Below the pieces are notes generated by a model. The model was not told the DNA's origin. It made no database searches and saw nothing but the letters and a program-made list of their open reading frames with translations. Shown here piece after piece: positions 17,201 to 21,901 of a stretch of DNA of 24,424 bases (the first letter of the stretch is position 1; each line of letters begins with the position of its first letter). The translations under genes and the position numbers were made by a program. Source of the DNA: Patescibacteria group bacterium (GTDB lineage Bacteria; Patescibacteriota; Patescibacteriia; Patescibacteriales; UBA12075); the NCBI GenBank assembly GCA_038248465.1, contig JBBRXK010000001.1, forward strand, positions 1 through 24,424, in the 5' to 3' direction.

Positions 17201-18531
17201 TTTACTCGAACACTGTAACCTTGTCTCTAGGCACTAGTTCAAGCGATACAAATTTTAATGAATACAAAATATTTTACAAAGAAGGGGCTTCGGGCGTAAC
17301 CGAGTCCGACACATTGTGGGGCTCAAGCTCGGATCCAAATCTGGGATTTGCCGATTATGACGGAGCTACTTCTACTACCATCACTGGACTTACTATAAAC
17401 AAACAATATGTTTTCCGAATTTGGGCCTATGATCGGTTTGGCAACAAGTCGGTTTCTGGTGGCGAAGTTTCTGTAATAATTCGTTATAAGTCCCGATCAG
17501 AAAATTGGCGCTGGTACAATGATCAAGATTTAGAGACGCCGACTGCGACGCTCGCTCCGGAAAACGTTAGTCCGATTGATGTGGCCGATGGTGCCAAGAT
17601 AAAGCTTCGATTAGCGCTTCGAGAAATAAGACATATTACGGGTGAAAATATCAAAATCCGTTTGCAGTACTCCACCTTCTCTGATTTTTCAAGCGACTTG
17701 CATTTTGTTGGTGAAATAGGTTCATCCACAGAATTGTGGAATTATGCCGATGGCATTGATGATGATAACGCCGCCATTAGTCAAGCACTTCTAAATGGAG
17801 TTGTGATTGGTGCCACCCACAATGAGTCCGGTATAGCAAGCACTAGCTATGCTCATACGACCGGATCGATAGCCGAGTGGGAATTCACGATACGAAACAA
17901 CAGCGCCCAAGTAGGAACAAGTTATTATTTTCGCGCCTACGATAATACCAATCTATCACCGATAATGAAAAATGGCGTCAGCACCTATCCTAGTTTGTTG
18001 GTTGCCTCACCAAACCTTTCCTACGTTGTCAGCGGTCTGGCGGAGAACGAGGCCGTTGAAGGTTTACATACAACTATTTCAACAACACCAAACTCAATTG
18101 ATTTTGGCAGCCTGATTCCCGGCCATGATGAAATCGCCGCTCAACGTTTTACGATTGATACCAATGCCGGTGGTGGTTATCAGTTGTTTGTTTACCAGAG
18201 ACAAAAACTTCTCTCAGACAATGGTGCCGATATTAACCCAGTACCATATCCAAATGCGACACCAAATGCCTGGCCCATCAATCCGAGTCCAAGCGCTTTT
18301 GGTTATCATGCGGGCGATGACACCTTGTCTGGAGCTTCGCCGTCAAGATTTTCGGCCGACAATACCTATGCGGGCTTTGATTCAGATTTTGAAGAAATTT
18401 CATACTCGAGTATTCCGGTAGCCAACGAAACAGTTGACATGGTGATTCGCCTGGAGTCGAGTAATATGCAAGAAGCGGGAGACTATGCGACCGAAATTGT
18501 TTATGTACTACTACCAACTTTCTTTGAATAG
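8245..18531 (+). CDS. Giant secreted multidomain protein P2 (3428 aa), adhesin/filament-like: signal peptide, MG-like module, unique region, Ig-like/FN3-like repeats, C-terminal WxL-like beta domain
   Basis: 10.3-kb uninterrupted ORF. Sec signal MKQYFQKLKKLFPLALAVLVVFVLSTTMVRA with probable cleavage VRA/G. By hand: 5 A modules, 7 FN3-like, 4 Ig-like C repeats, 2 four-Cys D modules, 2 E domains. The WxL-like call for 18007-18528 is inference. Confidence 0.92.
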   Translation: MKQYFQKLKKLFPLALAVLVVFVLSTTMVRAGSGQVQKDKGMDFELASKNTGFSANQNAEFDFKISKDQNWLASVGQYFRSFFVDDYKNTDIQAEVENATGNGLTTEVLREKNGQFSVKAKSVGRQSKPGKYRVKVSVKDANITGGQEAVFYQDFSWGVLAFNSNKSAYLPNEKAYLQFAVLNESGHTVCDAELNVLITGPGRDIKLSTKDGTITRNAECGPDNIILNPDYYSYQELNGAGDYVVKVTAQNKNGVWEISDKLSVQTKIPFELERMGPTRINPKAPYGVKINIKANENYKGDLLEMIPLQFSISNYELRINDKIFTKNPKIEVTDVETKVIADNIDIKAGDNIVISYKFNAPEVTPEFYLLGSLQTKINGNLNPMESRQWQIASDGENQVIVAQNIPISAGNIDTVNWKDVAIASSTLFTGGKKYFVYVTAGFSSALAAANLDFQISYGSTTKYTGLIQASGDQANDAQQISWYDVMDQPATTTDISLQFRPNSSTAYAMNAQIIAINLSNLETTDWKYASNTTSRALSNVATIDATMTMDTADGVKDWLVFAGNEFSITNTTRQYISHIWDGTTAYMQETREGRNAAELLPHVLYRSFDNVATNTVFSIRNYASVAADTHLKSRVFALNLNRFESFKNYYANINTTMTPVGTWFSAGNLNAGGNYSPLTIGNQLIFAGLINDVNTQANEYNTRLLVNAVTSPVAWSWAQAPAGYLTPNEALEEIDSNIVTQISIPSSGQTISLDAVSAVGVNQILDEVSLTAFSTRLKNSNKPNGIIKTANFRTNGSGIIDYSIDVADRDLDDSRMKVEFATGTTCSFVTPGKATISTADADTTATYGDPKVDNLLAYQVGSSTGWITTTYGTTTVDFGWTSKSDIPSSEGSYCLRITVNDGTNDQASPATTTVFIDNSTPNISALTTANIKYKIGDTLRATATVPLESGNLVLGNGSTINGKPAINVQRVDDTTFTFDYTVVAGDTDRATGTIPYVISLIDAYNNKSATSSGNFANGTIDANPPAISSVTILNNMYGVGNTITATVTVTADADVYSLGASTINEVNAQNLKKINNTTYTVDYVVVSGNTDRATGTIPYSIILIDSFTNSNTAYAGNLTNASVDAHQPIVSSVYLTNGDYAIGDTLTAVITADSPNYTAGAITINGKNISNWVNNNNNTYNVDYMVAEGDTDRTANTIPISVVVLDNYGNSNIAYTVPAANTATLDAHTPSIASVSFAPSAGVLKVGATATTTITVAGAETAMTAGTIFTINGIDVSGSFTEIGGGQYRVTYTVSEGDNDILDASDLAINFNIKDSAGNQSVLFTTADASNRPGVDAHHPTIPGDLSFVVHGDNFITLAFGANSSDSNFKEYKIFYKAGTSGITESDKEFNQTNDINLANNLFNGHATTTIYGLLSATQYVFNIFAYDNAGNMSVAAIELSAITNYPPSDPNLLTQYKNDGVTELNNEDWTNNNSLKFIASSTDYESDPLIFYYEFLPSASSSLTATTVPVSTCASATSYQTCVSKVWEVIGGQMLGINSIPDSSTGYKWQVLACDEHACSDWTKYNSLTPNILIDTLDPGVPGNLTIFWDDATKAIFTLGSSSAEANFKEYKIFYKGGSSGVSELDFEHSSSTDINLSYKNYNNATSTLIENFSVLTEYTVNIWAYDWAGNKSHATEITFTTDNTYTPPTGLFNSVAEKTNGSGAIDISVEIDDPDDNNNLRLKIEYEAGADCVFATPLDPTLDANSANINADYGSPDVDNNSTYQVGSSTSYILTSFGSNTINFDWLSAVDLPDANGVYCLRMTANDGMFNQAISATTTVYIDNLAPTTPGDLNLETKNTHDLVLRYGIASVEDNFATYKLFYKPGADGVTEGDTLHSDINLSNRLYNNKATTTVVGLDPGNAYVFNIYAYDDYGNQSQATEHTFSTNFIPEAPSSLVQKKNNDTTVIANNNWTDENNIRLSSSIIDGDASEVLTAFFEFRPAGDSFLTATSVPANACSATDNFANCTSKVWAISSVAGDYSSSPFIAQVHPSAIPDSANGYQWQSIACDDNGVCSDWISLGVEPNFKVDTVSPTSPGDLSLNTRTHDSFTINFGSATVENNFKEYVIHYKVGTGGVTEGDTSFTSANDGNLLIKNYNGVATTTISGLNENTQYVLNIWAYDDSGQKSSATETSFTTNNRPTGQFVSATQKTDGSGKIDLSISVNDSNGENGMAKIDYVVGVDCNFLAPLYPTLDETDASATSTHGDAKILNSNVYQIGNDSGWIVTSSGANTVNFDWLSQDNLPTEDDAYCLRLTANDQQDDQATSATTTLIIDNKAPTIPGNLGLEGHTGSTLTLSFGAASLENHFAYYKIYYKEGLGTVNETDTELLDGDLNDRLFNETSTTSVSGLGYNTQYSFKIYAYDIYGNKSNSDQVTFTTNAPPTGFINSIAQKTDDSGTVDISIEVYDANNDDCTAKLEYVSGALCNFASPLDPSLSETQSDISSDHGTPTITNSSAYQIGSPTKIITNQGSNTINFDWLAASDIGSMEGAYCLRLTVNDTNDDQLVQATSSFFYDNKNPTTPGSLNIASVSAISVDTNFGTPGFDTNFSEYKIFYKVGTTGVTENDLEFNRNDDPALGNENFNFRAFATIDHLNQNANYVFNIWMYDDYGNKTKATNEVSTTTTAIASATWRESEDTPDPTNINYLTRQENIRLRLDIANTRDYKADANIFDLQYAIKTGSCSSIFDWTTVPVTSSSEHFNFVSSGYVSDASSTTERLSNSGAYEFTPGYVVANPSSKGASINIAANQHTEMEFVFRPSIHAQADTTYCFRSTNDGVPLDYYRQYAIFTMAPPPIGSFESAELRSDASSIADISFKVFDVNGGDARAKLEYVASSTCNFSSALEPTLDATDENITATYGDPEIDNAYPYQIGTTTGWIITDYGTSTVNVDWLAGSNLTGADGTYCLRLTLNDGYDDQAIPATTTIVIDQVNPTVPGDLVDFDIYSNTVTLSLGTSSSDTNFNEYKIFYKEGASGVTESDTLWGSSSDPNLGFADYDGATSTTITGLTINKQYVFRIWAYDRFGNKSVSGGEVSVIIRYKSRSENWRWYNDQDLETPTATLAPENVSPIDVADGAKIKLRLALREIRHITGENIKIRLQYSTFSDFSSDLHFVGEIGSSTELWNYADGIDDDNAAISQALLNGVVIGATHNESGIASTSYAHTTGSIAEWEFTIRNNSAQVGTSYYFRAYDNTNLSPIMKNGVSTYPSLLVASPNLSYVVSGLAENEAVEGLHTTISTTPNSIDFGSLIPGHDEIAAQRFTIDTNAGGGYQLFVYQRQKLLSDNGADINPVPYPNATPNAWPINPSPSAFGYHAGDDTLSGASPSRFSADNTYAGFDSDFEEISYSSIPVANETVDMVIRLESSNMQEAGDYATEIVYVLLPTFFE
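9169..9203 (+). repeat. Five tandem heptamers in frame within P2
   Basis: caatttt caatctc aaattac gaattac gaattaa, encoding QFSISNYELRIN. Confidence 0.7.
10585..17481 (+). repeat. P2 repeat array A-C4-B-D-B-A-B-D-B-A-B-A-B-E-A-B
   Basis: Read from the translation. C repeats (11005-12258) share P.I.SV......Y.IG.T.T.T....Y.V..GDTD....IP....L.D...N. D modules share Q.K.D..T...N..W...C...C.SKVW...IPDS..GY.WQ..ACD...CSDW. Boundaries approximate. Confidence 0.85.
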
Positions 18532-18567
18532 GTAGCGGTAAAAAAATCGACATAATCTTGCCCACAA

Positions 18568-18596
18568 AAAAAGTCTCTTTATACAAGAGACTTTTT
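18568..18596. terminator. Bidirectional intrinsic terminator between convergent P2 and DKNYY genes
   Basis: AAAAAGTCTCTT-tatac-AAGAGACTTTTT, with A and T tracts on both sides, located between the stops at 18531 (+) and 18610 (-). Confidence 0.8.
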
Positions 18597-18609
18597 GTTT
18601 ATTTCTTAT

Positions 18610-19287
18610 TTATTTGCAAGAATCTTCACTGCTCACCATCCCATCTTTATAGAAAGCGCTCCTATCGCGACCGCATTTTTTATTTTCTTGCATTACAAAA
18701 GACTTGGGGTCAGCGTTTTCAATTTTCTGATTCAAATAATAAACGTTATTTTTATCGATTGCAAAGGGGAAGTCAAGCGGAGTAAATGTTTTTGGATCAG
18801 CCCCGACGATTATTTTATTAGCAATTTTAATTTCCATATTTTCTCGTCCATAAACTTGTTTTTTGTCTTTCGAAAAATTGGCGTCGATAATTTCAAAAGT
18901 TTTGGCATCGGACCCAGATAGTTCGCCCGCATCTTCCGAGAAGCCAGTTAAAATCTTGGCATTGATAAAATAATACACTTTGTTTTTGTAAGAAAAATAA
19001 AAAGCTTTTTCATCAAATCGCCCTTTGGCAAAATCTGCGCTCGGATCGGTATTGTAGTAGGAGTTGGCACGATGATGGTCGCTCGGATAGCCAACTACAT
19101 TTTTTAATACCGCTTCAGCCGGAGCGCCGTTTATTGTTTTGCATTGCTTGGGAGCGTAGCAGACCATAAAACTTTCCGCATTTTTATTTTTTTGCAAATA
19201 AAAATACAGAGCGGAAGTTGCCAGTAGAAGTAAAATGAAAACAAAAATAAAAAGTTTCGAAAGCATTTTTAATTTAGAATTTTGCAT
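18610..19287 (-). CDS. DKNYY family protein with N-terminal membrane anchor
   Basis: Repeated motifs SDAKTFEII..NFSKDKKQVY, GADPKTFTPL..FAIDKNNVYY and NADPKSFV...GRDRSAFY are characteristic of DKNYY (PF13644). TM segment LFIFVFILLLLATSALYFYL. Confidence 0.85.
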   Translation of the reverse strand: MQNSKLKMLSKLFIFVFILLLLATSALYFYLQKNKNAESFMVCYAPKQCKTINGAPAEAVLKNVVGYPSDHHRANSYYNTDPSADFAKGRFDEKAFYFSYKNKVYYFINAKILTGFSEDAGELSGSDAKTFEIIDANFSKDKKQVYGRENMEIKIANKIIVGADPKTFTPLDFPFAIDKNNVYYLNQKIENADPKSFVMQENKKCGRDRSAFYKDGMVSSEDSCK

Positions 19288-19315
19288 GGTTGTAGAAAAA
19301 ATTAATTATGTCTAA

Positions 19316-19343
19316 ATTATAGCATTTGCAGAATATTACGCAA
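19316..19343 (-). promoter_or_regulatory. Sigma70 promoter for the DKNYY gene
   Basis: Minus strand TTGCGT (19343-19338), 16-nt spacer ending TGc, TATAAT (19321-19316), about 28 nt above the ATG. Confidence 0.6.
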
Positions 19344-19485
19344 ATAAAAAATCCCGAGCATCTTTTTTTGTCCCCAGCTTCTTTTTCTGTCACCCCGCCT
19401 GTCCGCCTTGGGCGAGAGCGAAGCCGAGAGATCTATAATGTTCTATTGTTTCGTCCATGTTTTTTCTTTCAATACTTTTTTGTCT

Positions 19486-19644
19486 TGAACCCCGATTCGC
19501 CTGATTAAAGGATTAACAGGATTCTAGGTAATTTAATGAGAATATCATTTCAATTTTTAGTGGATTAAACTTTAACTTGTTGCCAAAGAAAAAATAAGGG
19601 AAATAGAATCGAGAAAATCCTTTAATCGGGCGAATCGGGGTTCA
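19486..19644. mobile_element. MITE-like non-coding element bounded by 29-bp inverted repeats
   Basis: TGAACCCCGATTCGCCTGATTAAAGGATT (19486-19514) versus AATCCTTTAATCGGGCGAATCGGGGTTCA (19616-19644): one mismatch, about 100-bp AT-rich interior, no transposase. The repeat is certain; mobility is inferred. Confidence 0.5.
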
Positions 19645-19718
19645 GACGAAAGAAATGGGGCGAAACGGGATGACAAGGGCGGGGCAGGGCTTCGCATGGG
19701 ATGGCAAATGGTTTTTGA

Positions 19719-20243
19719 TTAACTAAAGAAATTTTTTGTCTGCAAATATTTCTCTGCCTGTAAAACAAAATTCAAATCTCTATTATTCATATTTAGCTCG
19801 AAGGGATCTTTGCTTTTGACATTTTTAAATAATGCAATTGCTTCAAAAATAGTCACCCACAAAAGTTTAAAATTTTCTTTCGTCTCTTCCTGGGTAAAGT
19901 CAGTGCTTTTGTGGCCCTTTATCTTCCGTGCCAAAAAACAAACAGAGTGATTAATCTGTCCGCCAAACTCTGGACTGTCAAACTGCGCTTCGCCAAGTTT
20001 TGTAATTATCTCAACGCCACAAGCTGCTTCCTCCAAGGCTTCGCGCATGGCGGTTTCTTCAAGGCTTTCGTTGTCTTCAACTCCGCCACCAGGAATTTTG
20101 TGGTAGTCACCACCCTTTACCTCGAGTACTGCAATTTTATTTATTGCCACATCAAAAATAACAGTCCGGGCAGCGTGGCGAATCATTTGTGTAGTGGGCA
20201 TAGATGATTTATAAATTTCTTTTGAAGAAGTTGTTTTCCACAT
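19719..20243 (-). CDS. Nudix hydrolase
   Basis: Nudix box GGVEDNESLEETAMREALEEAA (GX5EX7REUXEE, final Gly replaced by Ala), preceded by YHKIPG. Substrate not determinable. Confidence 0.92.
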   Translation of the reverse strand: MWKTTSSKEIYKSSMPTTQMIRHAARTVIFDVAINKIAVLEVKGGDYHKIPGGGVEDNESLEETAMREALEEAACGVEIITKLGEAQFDSPEFGGQINHSVCFLARKIKGHKSTDFTQEETKENFKLLWVTIFEAIALFKNVKSKDPFELNMNNRDLNFVLQAEKYLQTKNFFS

Positions 20244-20304
20244 AAATTAAGAAAGTTATTTGTTTAGTTTTTTTTAAATAAGCCAGACACTTTAGCTTAA
20301 TTTT

Positions 20305-20332
20305 ATTATAACAGAGTAATTTTATATTACAA
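20305..20332 (-). promoter_or_regulatory. Sigma70 promoter for the Nudix gene
   Basis: Minus strand TTGTAA (20332-20327), 16-nt spacer ending TGt, TATAAT (20310-20305). Confidence 0.5.
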
Positions 20333-20353
20333 ATACACCAGTTTTACCAAGGC

Positions 20354-20382
20354 TTGAACAAAGCGAAGTAATAATATAAAAT
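20354..20382 (+). promoter_or_regulatory. Candidate sigma70 promoter for the M23 gene (divergent from the Nudix promoter)
   Basis: TTGAAC (20354-20359), 17-nt spacer, TAAAAT (20377-20382). Confidence 0.4.
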
Positions 20383-20446
20383 AAACGTATTAGTTTATAA
20401 GGGGCTTCGTATTGATTATGGTACAGGTCCTTTTTTGGATGGGACT

Positions 20447-20509
20447 TTGTCATTTCGGGATGACAGAAAAAAAAGACGCGGGATGACAGAAAATTCTGGA
20501 TGACAAAAA
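20447..20509. repeat. Cluster of CGGGATGACAGAAAA repeats (inverse of the TTGTCATCCCG family)
   Basis: Identical 15-mers at 20456-20470 and 20479-20493, partial GGATGACA at 20498-20505, degenerate forward copy ttgtcatttcg at 20447. Confidence 0.8.
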
Positions 20510-20525
20510 ATTTAAAAAATAACCT

Positions 20526-21773
20526 ATGTTCAAAAAATTTCTTATATTTTTAATAATAATTGGTGGGGCTTATATGTCTTATCATTTTTATTCTGCCAAA
20601 AAAATTCAGGCTCGAGCTTTGAATGAGGAGCAGAAAAATCATCTTATGGCGGAAGCTACCAGCACTCCTCCGGAAAAAACAGATCGTATTGCCAAGTTTG
20701 AGATTGGTGAAGGGACGACTTTTGCGCAGGTGATGACGGATAAAGCCAGCACGACTTATGGTGTGGCGATGGAGATATACAATGCAGCTTTGCCGGTTTA
20801 TGATCTCACCAAGGTGAAACAGGGAAAAATTATTGAACTTGTTTATGATAAAGATTCGGACGAGCTGAAAGAATTGCGCTACAAAGTGGATTCCGAGGAT
20901 GAATTATTTGTGCGCCAAACTAGCCTGGCAAGTTCGAGCGCGATTTGGAAAGAGGAGAAAAAACCTATTCCCTATGAAATACGCGAGCGTGTAGCCAAGG
21001 GCACAGTGAAGACTTCAATGTATCAGGCGGCGATTGACGACAACATTGATATCAAGGCGATCATTGAGCTTGCCAATGTGTTCCAGTGGACAATCGACTT
21101 TGCTATGGATCCTAGAGTAGGGGACACTTTTGAATTTGTGTACGAGGAGCGTTATCTCGACGGTGAGTACGTGATGCCGGGGAGAATTTTTGCGGGTAAA
21201 TACGTGAACGCCGGTACCGAAGTGGCAATGTATTATTTTGAAGAATCAGAAAGTAATAAGGCCTATTTTGATGAGAAGGGGAATGCGGCCCAGAAAATGT
21301 TTTTGAAAGCGCCGGTGGAATTCCGTTACATTTCCTCGGGTTTTACCACAGGCAAGAGATATGTAGAGGCCTTCAATGTATCCACTGGACATCGCGCCAT
21401 TGATTATGCGGCATCGGCGGGTACGCCTATTAGGGCGGTGGGTGATGGAGTTGTCACTCATGCTTCTTGGAGTACGGCGGGCTACGGCAACCTGACAAGT
21501 ATAAGACACAATGGAACTTACTCAACAAATTATGGTCATCAATCCAGATTTGCGGTCAAGGCGGGGGAACGAGTAAAGCAGGGACAAATTATTGGTTACG
21601 TAGGCTCGACTGGATTTTCGACTGGCCCTCATCTTCATTACGAAATGGTAAAGAACGGCACAAAAATTAATCCACTACTCGAAGTACAGCCACCAGGTGA
21701 ACCAATCAAGGCAGAAAATAAACAGCGCTTTCTTGATTTGCAAAAACTTTATAATGATAAGATGGCAAAGTAG
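20526..21773 (+). CDS. M23 family zinc metallopeptidase (MepM/LytM-type peptidoglycan endopeptidase) with N-terminal anchor
   Basis: HRAID (HxxxD), GTPIRAVGDGVV, YGHQS and STGPHLHYE (HxH) motifs. The central region VFQWTIDFAMDPRVGDTFEFVYE resembles MepM/Csd3-type proteins. N-terminal TM FLIFLIIIGGAYM. Confidence 0.95.
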   Translation: MFKKFLIFLIIIGGAYMSYHFYSAKKIQARALNEEQKNHLMAEATSTPPEKTDRIAKFEIGEGTTFAQVMTDKASTTYGVAMEIYNAALPVYDLTKVKQGKIIELVYDKDSDELKELRYKVDSEDELFVRQTSLASSSAIWKEEKKPIPYEIRERVAKGTVKTSMYQAAIDDNIDIKAIIELANVFQWTIDFAMDPRVGDTFEFVYEERYLDGEYVMPGRIFAGKYVNAGTEVAMYYFEESESNKAYFDEKGNAAQKMFLKAPVEFRYISSGFTTGKRYVEAFNVSTGHRAIDYAASAGTPIRAVGDGVVTHASWSTAGYGNLTSIRHNGTYSTNYGHQSRFAVKAGERVKQGQIIGYVGSTGFSTGPHLHYEMVKNGTKINPLLEVQPPGEPIKAENKQRFLDLQKLYNDKMAK

Positions 21774-21797
21774 CCACATTAAAATAAATTCCCCCTT

Positions 21798-21839
21798 ATC
21801 CCATTATCTTGACAATGGGATTATTTTTGTTGGTATAAA
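21798..21839 (+). promoter_or_regulatory. Hairpin/operator overlapping a TTGACA, followed by extended -10 TGgTATAAA
   Basis: ATCCCATT (21798-21805) and AATGGGAT (21814-21821) flank TTGACA (21809-21814); a T-rich tract follows; TG-g-TATAAA at 21831-21839. Could be the M23 terminator, the AAA gene promoter, or both. The -35/-10 spacing of 19 nt is long. Confidence 0.45.
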
Positions 21840-21901
21840 AGCTTATTTTATGCTAAAATTAAAGCGCATATGTAAACTTTAATTAAAATTAAAAAAATAA
21901 T

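Noticed and set aside
1548-18531. Alternative genetic code (UGA=Gly, code 25)
   Set aside because: About 5,600 codons of Gly-rich ORFs contain no in-frame TGA, so code 11 explains the window.
1493-18921. Numerous 60-108-aa ORFs overlapping P1, P2 and the DKNYY gene on other frames or strands
   Set aside because: Shadow ORFs of long genuine genes, with no recognisable motifs or start signals.
19326-19508. 60-aa ORF in the repeat-rich intergenic region
   Set aside because: Overlaps palindromic repeats and the DKNYY promoter; no coding hallmarks.
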